Shown here: piece by piece, positions 29,481 to 38,445 of the stretch
Layout of the letters: the number at the start of each line of letters is the position of its first letter
How positions within the stretch are numbered: position 1 is the stretch's first letter
Assembly (NCBI GenBank): GCA_963704905.1
Contig: CAVPHZ010000001.1
Location: forward strand, 643,438 to 707,437
Reading direction: 5' to 3'
Source of the DNA: Candidatus Chisholmbacteria bacterium
GTDB lineage: Bacteria > Patescibacteriota > Microgenomatia > UBA1400 > Chisholmbacteraceae
DNA length: 64,000 nt
The notes under the pieces: generated by a model
Database searches by the model: none
Told to the model about the DNA's origin: nothing
Seen by the model: only the letters and a program-made list of their open reading frames with translations
Made by a program: the position numbers and the translations under genes

Positions 29481-30407
29481 CTAGCTTTGTTCGGCAGAGA
29501 AGATGATGCCGCTGGTGGGGATTTCTATGCTTGATGGGGTATCCAGTGAAGGTTCTAAAATTCTGCTCTTTTTCTCTTTAGCGGATGGTTTAGGTTTATC
29601 TGGAAATATAAACACCTCGGAAGGTGAATCATCTACATATTTGCCATTGATCACGGGGATTTTCTGTAGTTCGTCTTGCGTTAGTTCCCGATTATAGAAT
29701 TGGAGGACGTTTTTTCTATAGAAAATTGCCAGTGTCTCGGTGAGCATGTTCAAAACAACTCTCCAGTTGATGTGTGACTTTCCTGGTTTCCAGTTCATGT
29801 GGACTGGAGCCTCAAGAATTTTATTGAATCCTAAGTGGCTGGCTACTACCAGAATTTCCAGGTCGCAGGTCCACTTTTTCACTATCAGCCGAGGCATGAC
29901 CGCTTTGAGGACATGACGCTTAAACATTTTCAGACCAACCTGCGTATCGGTAACATTGAGATTGAATATCATCCTGATGAGCTGCTGATATCCCCAAGAA
30001 TACAAGCGCCGACGGGGGCCGTACTCAACTTGGCTTAAACGATGGCGTTTGCTGCCAATGACTATATCGATATCAGCAAAGGTGATGAGGTCAATGTACA
30101 AAGCAATTTGTCTGGGATGAAGCTGGAGATCTGAGTCCATAAAGCAAATAAGATCTCCCTGTGATTGCTGAAACCCATAGCGCAGGGCAAATCCTTTCCC
30201 TTGGTTTTTGGCGTAGATGAAGGTTCTGAGATGCGGGAGGGAGAGGCTATTTAATTGGGTTGTGGTGATGGCATCGGAACCATCATTGACCGCGATGATT
30301 TCGTAGGGAAGTCCAGTGCTTTGCAGTTCTTCATCAACAACAATAATATTCTTATGAATTTTGGGTTCATTATAGACAGGAAGGATCAGTGAAACCTTCG
30401 GTCTCAT
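29481..30407 (-). CDS. Family 2 glycosyltransferase, polyprenol-phosphate sugar synthase-like (Dpm1/GtrB-like)
   Basis: 'VSLILPVYNEP...IIAVNDGSDA...FMDSDLQ' plus basic C-terminal extension as in Dpm1/GtrB-type enzymes. Confidence 0.65.
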   Translation of the reverse strand: MRPKVSLILPVYNEPKIHKNIIVVDEELQSTGLPYEIIAVNDGSDAITTTQLNSLSLPHLRTFIYAKNQGKGFALRYGFQQSQGDLICFMDSDLQLHPRQIALYIDLITFADIDIVIGSKRHRLSQVEYGPRRRLYSWGYQQLIRMIFNLNVTDTQVGLKMFKRHVLKAVMPRLIVKKWTCDLEILVVASHLGFNKILEAPVHMNWKPGKSHINWRVVLNMLTETLAIFYRKNVLQFYNRELTQDELQKIPVINGKYVDDSPSEVFIFPDKPKPSAKEKKSRILEPSLDTPSSIEIPTSGIIFSAEQS

Positions 30408-30515
30408 ATTACCGAGAGCTTAACAGAGTAGTCGACCATACTTCAAGTCTTCTAGTAAGAATTATGGGGGTACAATATGCTTTCATTTGCCGGAAAAGGG
30501 TATAATTTTCAAATC

Positions 30516-31412
30516 ATGAAGAAATATCTGTTAGTCATCGCTAGTTTACTTTTATTGGCTTTTGTTCCTCAGTCTTCCTATGCTCAGGAATCTGAAGAGC
30601 TCTTGATGACTGAGGCAACGGAGAGTGCGGAAGCGACACCAGCTTCTATTCTTGAAAGTGAGTTGGAAAAACTCAAGGAAACTGATTTGACTGAGCCAAC
30701 CGGTCCTGCGCGGGGAAAGCTTGAACAGTACATGCTTTCGAAAGATCCCGGCCCGTTAGGCATAACCAATTTTTTACAACATGCGATGCGCCGGTCAGTT
30801 GAGCTGGGAGTGCCGGCTACTACTTTGGTACTCTTGCTGTTGTTTCCAATCGTTGGTGCCGTTATTGCTGCAGGCAGACACTTGATTGGATTGAGAGGAT
30901 TTGGCTTGTTTACGACTGCGGCTTTATCAATTGCTTTTTTGGCAACAGGAGTGAAAGTTGGCCTGATCATGTTTATCTTTATCATGTTGGTGGCAAATTT
31001 TGGTCGTGTGATGGTGAGAAGATTGCGTTTGCAATACCTCCCGCGTATTGCACTCCTTTTATGGTTTGTTTCGCTGGGTATTTTTGCATTGCTTTCTATC
31101 TCTCCATATCTTGGAATTTTAGAGCTGATAACTATTTCTATTTTTCCAATTTTACTTCTAGTGCTGTTTGCAGAGACGTATATCGGTGCACGGATTGGAG
31201 TGGGATTTCGAAGATCTATTGAAATGACTGTTGAAACAATCGTTTTGGCTGTCATCTGCTATCTGATTTTGAGTTTGGATTCTTTGCAGCGGTTTGCCGT
31301 GCTTAATCCAGAGATGACGGTGTTATCGGTGGCGGTGTTTGATATCTTTCTGGGAAAGTATGTTGGACTGCGATTGCTTGAGTATTGGAGATTTCGTGAG
31401 CTGTTAAGCTAA
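30516..31412 (+). CDS. Secreted/7-TM membrane protein of the type usually fused to an inactive transglutaminase (7TM_transglut-like). The transglutaminase domain is missing here.
   Basis: Signal peptide 'MKKYLLVIASLLLLAFVPQSSYA', ~90-aa acidic ectodomain, then 7 hydrophobic helices. Immediately upstream of a RimK-like ATP-grasp, the gene neighbourhood described for this family. Confidence 0.5.
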   Translation: MKKYLLVIASLLLLAFVPQSSYAQESEELLMTEATESAEATPASILESELEKLKETDLTEPTGPARGKLEQYMLSKDPGPLGITNFLQHAMRRSVELGVPATTLVLLLLFPIVGAVIAAGRHLIGLRGFGLFTTAALSIAFLATGVKVGLIMFIFIMLVANFGRVMVRRLRLQYLPRIALLLWFVSLGIFALLSISPYLGILELITISIFPILLLVLFAETYIGARIGVGFRRSIEMTVETIVLAVICYLILSLDSLQRFAVLNPEMTVLSVAVFDIFLGKYVGLRLLEYWRFRELLS

Positions 31413-31421
31413 GAGGGGAAT

Positions 31422-32705
31422 ATGAGTATTACTTCGGATATTCTGGGACTCAATGCCAGAAATCATTTATACACCAGTCAATTTAATTCCCGAAAGGGGA
31501 AAAAAATTGCGCAGAGCAAACTGCTTACCAAGCGTTTTCTGAAGAAGCATGGTTTTCCTCATCCTGAGCTTTTTGCTGTATTTAAAAAATTGAATGATGT
31601 GCCAAAGTATGACTGGGGGAGTTTACGAAGAAATTTCGTGATTAAGCCAAGTGAGGGATACGGAGGAGATGGTATTCTTATCATCAAGCGCCGGATCGAC
31701 TCTGAACGATTTCAGACTATTCAAAATAAGGAACTATTGATTGATGACTTGAAACTTCATGTGCTTGATATTCTGGAGGGAAATTACAGCAAGTATGACA
31801 CACCGGATATCGCATTTATCGAAGAGCGTGTACCGAAGCATCCGAAATTTAAGCGTTATGCCTATCGAGGCACTCCGGATATCCGTATCTTAATTTTCAA
31901 CCAAGTTCCGATTATGGCCATGCTGAGATTACCGACGCAAAACTCAGGTGGGAAGGCGAATCTTCATCAAGGAGGACTGTGTGTGGGTTTAGATTTGGCT
32001 ACCGGAATTACCACGCATGGGATGATTTATGATCGCCCGGTTACTACTGTTCCAGACAGCAATTTGAAAGTTAATGGCCTTCGCATACCTCATTGGGACG
32101 AGATGCTTACCATTGCACTCAAGGTGCAGGAGAAGATTGGACTTGGATATCTGGCAGTGGATTTTGTCCTTCATAAAGACAAAGGGCCGATGGTGTTGGA
32201 GTTGACAGTGAGTGCGGGATTAGGAATTCAAATAGCCAATAGAGCTGGTTTGCGGAGAAGACTCGATCGAGTGGAGGGATTGGAGAGTGTCGGTGAGGGG
32301 CGGGGTATTCAGATTTCCAGAGCTTTGTTTGCAGAGCGATTTGCAGACAAAGTACTAGCCGAACGTGGGGCAAAGATTGTCAATATTCAAGAGACCGTCA
32401 AAGTCAAAAGTGCTAAAGGGAAGCGAGTTGAAGTTGAGGCAAAGCTTGATACCGGTGCTTTCCGTACGAGTATTGATAGAAAAGTGGCGGAGGACTTAGG
32501 TCTGTTGGGGAAGAAGAGCTATTTGTGGCATAAATATTATGTGAGTACCCTCGGGCGAGAACGACGACCGATTATTGAGTTGACGTTTTGGTTAAAAGGT
32601 CGTCGGGTAAAAACAGCAGCCAACGTATCGAATCGGATTCGATTTCGGGAGAAACTCCTGATTGGGCGAAGAGATCTCAAGACCTTTCTGGTTCGGGCAG
32701 AATAA
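31422..32705 (+). CDS. RimK-like ATP-grasp amidoligase fused to a C-terminal retropepsin-like aspartic peptidase domain
   Basis: ATP-grasp body ('VIKPSEGYGGDGILII', 'LAVDFVLHKDKGPMVLELTVSAGL'); C-terminal ~110 aa carries 'AKLDTGAFRTSI' (D-T-G-A catalytic motif, codons 32448-32456). Confidence 0.65.
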   Translation: MSITSDILGLNARNHLYTSQFNSRKGKKIAQSKLLTKRFLKKHGFPHPELFAVFKKLNDVPKYDWGSLRRNFVIKPSEGYGGDGILIIKRRIDSERFQTIQNKELLIDDLKLHVLDILEGNYSKYDTPDIAFIEERVPKHPKFKRYAYRGTPDIRILIFNQVPIMAMLRLPTQNSGGKANLHQGGLCVGLDLATGITTHGMIYDRPVTTVPDSNLKVNGLRIPHWDEMLTIALKVQEKIGLGYLAVDFVLHKDKGPMVLELTVSAGLGIQIANRAGLRRRLDRVEGLESVGEGRGIQISRALFAERFADKVLAERGAKIVNIQETVKVKSAKGKRVEVEAKLDTGAFRTSIDRKVAEDLGLLGKKSYLWHKYYVSTLGRERRPIIELTFWLKGRRVKTAANVSNRIRFREKLLIGRRDLKTFLVRAE

Positions 32706-32709
32706 TTCT

Positions 32710-34179
32710 ATGATTTCAATTTCTTCATTACCTGAAGCGAGAAACGCATTGCATGGTATTGGGAAAGTCGTAGGATTGGGAGTCAATGCTTTTCCTCGCG
32801 TTGGCATTATTCCTTTCCTTGATGATTATCAAATTATCGCTATAACCGAAACTGCTGATCTTTCCATCATTCGCAGAGATGTTTCAGTTGTAACCGTGAA
32901 TGGTGATTTTCGTGGGAGGACGAAGAAACTTAATACCCTCTCGCTACTTCAGCACCAGAAAGTGCAACAGCAGTTGAAAAAACAGAGTAAAGGAACCGGT
33001 GTTTTTATATATAAGTCGTCAAAACGAATTGAAGAGATCGTTGACCGCTTGGGTTTAAAGCTTCTGTCAAATCGCAGTGAGGTACGTGATTCCTTTGAAG
33101 ATAAATGGAAGTTTAGACAACTGGCACTGATTGCCGGATTACCCATCCCGGCAGGTGCGCAACTGTTAATAGATGAATTTACTCCAGAATGGTATGCAAC
33201 TGCGCGGAAAGCGTATGGTTCTCAATTGGTTATCCAAATTACTGATTACTCAAAAGGTGGAGGAATCGGAACCTTTTTCATTTCGAGTTTGGAGGATGTA
33301 CGAGAATTTCATGCATTTGTTAGCCGTCGGCGTAAGGCAGGGAGAGATTTACAGCGGATGAATATCACGACGCGTATTGATGGTGAGTCGGCGAGCATTA
33401 GTGCTTGTGCAACTCGTCATGGAATACTTGTTTCTCGGGTACAACGGCAGATTGTGGATGTCCATGATGTGGTTGGATATCACGGCAGGAGCGGTGTTTT
33501 TTGCGGGCATGATTGGGGAAATCGATACGGAGATGCAATTCAAAAGGAAGCCAGTAAGATCGCCCAAGATGTTGGTAAGCTGATGTTTTCCAAAGGATAT
33601 CGGGGGATATTTGGTGTTGATTTGGTTGTCAATCAACATACCGGTGATATTCATTTGATTGAGGTGAATTCTCGGTACACGGCGGCATATCCTGTATATA
33701 CCATGATGCAGCTTGCGCATGACGAAATTCCCTTAGATGCTTGGCATCTTTTGGAATTCTCTGATATTGAATATGAAATGGATTTTGATGAGATCCAGCA
33801 ACTGTATGAGCGGCCAAAGGTTGGGGCCCAGCTTATCTTGCATAACCTGGAACGAGCCTGGGTGAATGTAGGTGGAAGTGTGAAAGCAGGGGTGTATTCA
33901 TTTAGGTCAAATGCAAAAGGTCAAAAATTAAAATCCGACCTGGAATGGGTAAGGGAAGGATATAGATTTCAAGATTTGAAATCTGAAAGTGAATTTGTGT
34001 TGACAGATGGTGTGCCTAAGAGAGGATCGAAATTAAAACCAGGAGCGAGGTTAGGAAGGTTGCTCTACAGACGAGAAGTCATGCAAGATGATCGCAACGA
34101 ACTTCAATCAGAAATCAAGGGGAGTGTTCAAGCGCTGTACTCTTTATATGGTTTAAAAAGAGTTACGAAGAAAAAATAA
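32710..34179 (+). CDS. ATP-grasp ligase (start at ATG 32710, 5 nt after the upstream stop; the ORF track starts at 32662 in the same frame)
   Basis: 'GIFGVDLVVNQHTGDIHLIEVNSRYTAAYP' (E-x-N Mg-binding motif of ATP-grasp enzymes), glycine-rich 'KGGGIGTFFI'. Confidence 0.65.
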   Translation: MISISSLPEARNALHGIGKVVGLGVNAFPRVGIIPFLDDYQIIAITETADLSIIRRDVSVVTVNGDFRGRTKKLNTLSLLQHQKVQQQLKKQSKGTGVFIYKSSKRIEEIVDRLGLKLLSNRSEVRDSFEDKWKFRQLALIAGLPIPAGAQLLIDEFTPEWYATARKAYGSQLVIQITDYSKGGGIGTFFISSLEDVREFHAFVSRRRKAGRDLQRMNITTRIDGESASISACATRHGILVSRVQRQIVDVHDVVGYHGRSGVFCGHDWGNRYGDAIQKEASKIAQDVGKLMFSKGYRGIFGVDLVVNQHTGDIHLIEVNSRYTAAYPVYTMMQLAHDEIPLDAWHLLEFSDIEYEMDFDEIQQLYERPKVGAQLILHNLERAWVNVGGSVKAGVYSFRSNAKGQKLKSDLEWVREGYRFQDLKSESEFVLTDGVPKRGSKLKPGARLGRLLYRREVMQDDRNELQSEIKGSVQALYSLYGLKRVTKKK

Positions 34180-35155
34180 ACTTCAATAATTTTTCAGTAA
34201 CGGGCTGGGGTTTTCCACTATTTGGCCATTCATGAAGACGGAGCGAAGGATCAGAGTTGACTTCAAGAACCGCAATATTTAAAGGTTCGGAACCTTTAAT
34301 CGCTGGTTGGGTGTAGTCTTTGATAAGCGCGTCTATACCGCAGACTGTTAGTCCGGTTGCATGGGCAGTTTTCTCGATGACATCGATTATTGAGGTGTGA
34401 ATATCGTTTAATGAGATGGTTTCGACGGTCCCGCCCGCTTGGAAGTTGGCAATAGGGTAGGGTACAAGCTTCTTGTCTTTTGGGACTATTGAGTTCAGCG
34501 TCAGGCCTTGGTTTTCGATGTGCCAGATAATGCGAGGCCAGTTGAGCATGCGGTTTTGCATTCTCCTGCCAGTTTTCTTTCTTTCTTCTAAGAGTCTTTG
34601 GTTGTGAGTTTCTATAAGATCTTTGATTGTGTTGTTTCCGTCTCCTGTGAGCACTGGCGGATGACGGCGGACGACTCCGATTATCTTTCCGCTTAAAATG
34701 AAGAAACGAAAATCATCAGCCTTGATGTACTTTTGGATAATTAGTGAATTGGAATGCTTGATCGCCTGTCGAGCAGTATTTTCCAGAGATCGCCGATTTT
34801 TTATCCCTATGTAGACATCATGGCCTTTTTCCCCTTCGGATGGTTTTACAACCAGAGGAAATTTAGGTAGATTGACTTTCTCAAGATCTTGGATCGATTT
34901 CATCTCAGTCTCTTCTGGATAAGGAATATTAAGTTTGTCAAGGAGTTGGTGTGTGATTCTTTTGTTTCTTGTTTGTTTGATAGCTTTTACAGGATTGATT
35001 CCGTAGCTTTTTTTAGTGACGATGTGAGTTTTTCCGTCCTTGGTGAGTTTAAGCTTCAGCTTTTCTTCATCAAGAAGATCTACATTAATCCCTAGAGATT
35101 GCGCTGTTGCGATAAGAATTTGAGAGTTGGTGTTGGGAATTTTGGAGAGCAACAT
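34163..35155 (-). CDS. ATP-grasp ligase (cyanophycin-synthetase/RimK-like)
   Basis: 'LVVKPSEGEKGHDVYIG', 'IIQKYI', 'NIAVLEVNSDPSL' E-x-N motif. Confidence 0.65.
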   Translation of the reverse strand: MLLSKIPNTNSQILIATAQSLGINVDLLDEEKLKLKLTKDGKTHIVTKKSYGINPVKAIKQTRNKRITHQLLDKLNIPYPEETEMKSIQDLEKVNLPKFPLVVKPSEGEKGHDVYIGIKNRRSLENTARQAIKHSNSLIIQKYIKADDFRFFILSGKIIGVVRRHPPVLTGDGNNTIKDLIETHNQRLLEERKKTGRRMQNRMLNWPRIIWHIENQGLTLNSIVPKDKKLVPYPIANFQAGGTVETISLNDIHTSIIDVIEKTAHATGLTVCGIDALIKDYTQPAIKGSEPLNIAVLEVNSDPSLRLHEWPNSGKPQPVTEKLLKFIFSS

Positions 35156-35158
35156 TGA

Positions 35159-35716
35159 TCAGCGTTCTTGGTCAGGGTTTTCTTTAGACTGTTTTTCTTT
35201 CAGGGCACTTTCGAGTGTGGTCCACAGCTCCTTAAGTGCTCCTTTAGGCAATGATCTGACCGTTCGAAAGAACTGCATTCCGTTTTGGGTAAATTTTTCA
35301 ATGGTACCTGATTCAACCAGCTTATGTTTCTGATCTTGAATACCAATTGTGGCGTTTAGTGCGGTAACAATTTCTGCTTCTCTTTTTGGAAATTTTTCGA
35401 GTGTATGCGCTGCGGCGATCCAAGAAAATATCGTTTCAACCGCTAAGCTGTTTAGCAGCCTTTTTCCGTTTGGAAGAATAATATTTTCTGGCTCGATACC
35501 AAGCTGTTCTCGCAGATAGGCTTCCTGCCGGTCAGTATTGCTTGTACCTTTGTCTTCGATGTCTCTTTTTTTGAGCGGAACGACATAGTTTCTATCAGGT
35601 GAAGTAAGTTTTAGAACTTCTAGTTCCTGAAGATGTCTAATATCTTCAGCGGTTATCAGTCTGGTATTTTCAATCCGCTCGGCAATGGATTCTGGCTGTT
35701 GAGGTAACTCTGTCAC
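35159..35716 (-). CDS. Hypothetical protein (185 aa), translationally coupled to the downstream ATP-grasp
   Basis: Stop overlaps or abuts the next start (35159 vs 35155); no motif recognised. Confidence 0.4.
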   Translation of the reverse strand: MTELPQQPESIAERIENTRLITAEDIRHLQELEVLKLTSPDRNYVVPLKKRDIEDKGTSNTDRQEAYLREQLGIEPENIILPNGKRLLNSLAVETIFSWIAAAHTLEKFPKREAEIVTALNATIGIQDQKHKLVESGTIEKFTQNGMQFFRTVRSLPKGALKELWTTLESALKEKQSKENPDQER

Positions 35717-35786
35717 GCTAATATTCTATCTGATTAAGCAAGCGGTTGGTATAATTCATAAATCTGGTTGAAAGGATGTTTGTCTC

Positions 35787-36998
35787 ATGAAGAAATTTAT
35801 ACTTGTTCTAGGTTTTGGTCGGTCTGTGAAGCGGCTGTTTGATGTGATTGAGCGGGAGTTTTCTGAGCATACTCCTGTGTACTGTACTTATGGGAAGCGG
35901 CTGGAGTTTTTCGAGAAGAATGCGTTTTGTTTTCTAAAAAATGGGGAAGAGGAAACGCGGATTCGGACTGTTGTTGATGGAAAAGGCAAGGTGGTGGGGG
36001 TCGTAAACCTCACTGATAGTTACATTGATTTACATGGAAAGTTGGTTGATATCTTCAAGGTTCCCGGCCCTTCGTTTTCGGCTGTTAGTCTGGTGAAGAA
36101 CAAGGCTAAGTTGTTTAGGCTCATGGTTGAGAACGGTTTGGCCGACTTTCATCCCAAATCGGTGGTCATTGAGCTTAATGAGGTTGAGCACGAAATTGAG
36201 AGATTTGGCTATCCGTGCGTGCTTAAGCCGGTTGTGGGGAGCAAGAGCAGAGGAGTGTTTGTGATTCGTAGCTCCAACGGTCTTCAAAGGGCATTAAAAC
36301 GGCTCAACAAACACTTCTCGCAGATTACCATCCGTCGGAATTTGGAAGCCAAGAATGTACTTTTACAAGAGTATGTCACCGGTCAACAGGTTGCACCAGT
36401 TTCATACGTTGATGCTGAAGGTGAGCTGAGGATTATTGCCGAAGTAGACGTACTTTGTGGAACTGATGTTGGACAGCAGCATATGCAGTGTGTGTACCGA
36501 ACGACCCCTTCAGTGCTGGATAAAGCAATGATGCAGCAGATACAGCAATTACTGCAACAAATTGTGAAGGCCGCAGGGCTCAGATCGACACTGCTGGATC
36601 CTGAGCTGATGATTAGTGGGAGAGGCCTGAAACTGATGGAAATTAATGCTCGGTTGGGTGGATACCGGACAGAATTGTTTAAACCCGCATATGGGATTGA
36701 TCTAGAGAAAATGGTGGTTCAGTTGGCGCTGGGAGAGGAACTGGATATTGATTTGAAAAAGAAAGAGAGTTGTACAGCAGTTGAGGTATGGGAAGAGAAG
36801 AGCGGGAGACTCTTAGAATTTTCTTTTCCTAATCAGGATCAAGTTTATCATTATGAGCAGCTTATTCAGAAGGGTGAGGAGTATTTGGTGCCTCCTGAAG
36901 GAGATGTTCCGATTGCTTCATTTTATGTTCTGGCTCAATCAGACAGTTTGAAAAAAGCTCAGGAGATTCGGAGGACCATCTCAACCTCGATTTCTTAA
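35787..36998 (+). CDS. ATP-grasp ligase (PurK/Ddl/CPSase-type ATP-grasp_4-like)
   Basis: 'GYPCVLKPVVGSKSRGVFVI', 'LLQEYVTGQ', 'LKLMEINARLGGY' E-x-N motif. Confidence 0.65.
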   Translation: MKKFILVLGFGRSVKRLFDVIEREFSEHTPVYCTYGKRLEFFEKNAFCFLKNGEEETRIRTVVDGKGKVVGVVNLTDSYIDLHGKLVDIFKVPGPSFSAVSLVKNKAKLFRLMVENGLADFHPKSVVIELNEVEHEIERFGYPCVLKPVVGSKSRGVFVIRSSNGLQRALKRLNKHFSQITIRRNLEAKNVLLQEYVTGQQVAPVSYVDAEGELRIIAEVDVLCGTDVGQQHMQCVYRTTPSVLDKAMMQQIQQLLQQIVKAAGLRSTLLDPELMISGRGLKLMEINARLGGYRTELFKPAYGIDLEKMVVQLALGEELDIDLKKKESCTAVEVWEEKSGRLLEFSFPNQDQVYHYEQLIQKGEEYLVPPEGDVPIASFYVLAQSDSLKKAQEIRRTISTSIS

Positions 36999-37135
36999 TT
37001 CTAACATTACTCTCAAGATAAATAGGAGGCGATACGAGAAATGATTGAACGATGTTTGAGGAATATACGCTGAACGTTTGTGAACACTATATTTACTCTT
37101 ATGTTTACTTGCACGGCTTTTGATACAATGCTGTT

Positions 37136-38311
37136 ATGACTACTCGAGAAAAAGATCCAAAGACTATCCGAATCGCGGTGGGGATGAGCGGTGGTGTTGA
37201 TTCAGCTGTTTCGGCTGCGCTGTTGAAAGAACAAGGGTACGACGTTACTGGTGTGCACATGGTATGTTTTGACGAACCAGGGTGTCGTGCACCGGAGGAT
37301 CGAAAGGATGCGCTGGCAGTTGCCCTTCAGCTTGATATTCCATTTGATGTATTGGATTTTCAAAAGCCTTACAAGAAAAAGGTGATCGACTATTTTTACT
37401 CCGAATATAAAGCAGGTCGGACGCCGAATCCCGATGTGATGTGTAATAAGGAGATAAAGTTTGGACTATTTTTAGAGTGGGCGTTGAAGAACAAATTTGA
37501 TTATGTAGCGACTGGGCATTACGCTCGCATTCGAAGAATGCGGAAAATATCAAATCTCAAATCTCAATTACCAAAAAAGTCTCAATACTCAAATTCTAAA
37601 TCTAACAGACAATTTCATTACAAACTTCTAAGAGGAAAGGACCAGAAGAAAGATCAGAGTTACTTTTTGTATGTGATGACCCAAAAGCAGCTAAAGCACA
37701 CGCTGTTTCCCATTGGGGAAATGACAAAGACACAGGTGAGGAAAGAGGCAAAGAAACGGAAATTGTATGTTGCTGACAAACCTGACAGTCAAGGGATTTG
37801 TTTTTTAGGAGATATTGACCCCCAGAAGTTTTTGAGAAGAAGAATAAAAGAGAGAAAGGGTAACGTGGTGGATATGAAAGGCAATGTGATTGGAGAGCAT
37901 ACAGGTGTGTGGTTTTATACAATTGGTCAGCGGCATGGATTCAGTGTAGATCATGGGTTACAAAGATTAGATCAGCGAAAGAGGAATGATTTTCCTCCCT
38001 TATACGTGGTGGGTAAAGATGTTGTTCGGAATCGCTTAATAGTTGGGATAGAAAAGGAAGCTGAGCGTGATAATTTCAGGGTAGAAGATGTTCATCTAAT
38101 TAGTGGCGAATCTCAATTTATGAATCACGAATTAAAAGATTTGAAGGTGAGGATTCGGCATGGGGGAAAATTGATACCATTTGAACCTACCTTTAAGGGT
38201 TCAACCTTGCAAGGTGTGAGGTTGAAAGAAGCGCAGCGGGGAGTGGCGCCTGGTCAGAGTGCGGTGTTTTATGATGGAGAGGTGTGTTTGGGTGGTGGGG
38301 TGATTTCTTGA
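37136..38311 (+). CDS. mnmA: tRNA-specific 2-thiouridylase MnmA, with a ~25-aa low-complexity insertion
   Basis: PP-loop 'VGMSGGVDSAVSA', 'CNKEIKFG', 'KDQSYFL', 'DSQGICFLG' catalytic Cys region; insertion 'RKISNLKSQLPKKSQYSNSKSNRQF' encoded by tctcaa-type repeats at 37545-37620. Confidence 0.85.
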   Translation: MTTREKDPKTIRIAVGMSGGVDSAVSAALLKEQGYDVTGVHMVCFDEPGCRAPEDRKDALAVALQLDIPFDVLDFQKPYKKKVIDYFYSEYKAGRTPNPDVMCNKEIKFGLFLEWALKNKFDYVATGHYARIRRMRKISNLKSQLPKKSQYSNSKSNRQFHYKLLRGKDQKKDQSYFLYVMTQKQLKHTLFPIGEMTKTQVRKEAKKRKLYVADKPDSQGICFLGDIDPQKFLRRRIKERKGNVVDMKGNVIGEHTGVWFYTIGQRHGFSVDHGLQRLDQRKRNDFPPLYVVGKDVVRNRLIVGIEKEAERDNFRVEDVHLISGESQFMNHELKDLKVRIRHGGKLIPFEPTFKGSTLQGVRLKEAQRGVAPGQSAVFYDGEVCLGGGVIS

Positions 38312-38445
38312 TAGTTGGTGTAGAAAATTCTGTCTAGGATAGGTAAATCAATCCCTTGGATATCTAATACTCTTTTAACTACCTATAAACTACCTATAAT
38401 TGGAATTAGAAGTTAGAATGCTCAACTTTTTTTCATCTTACAACT

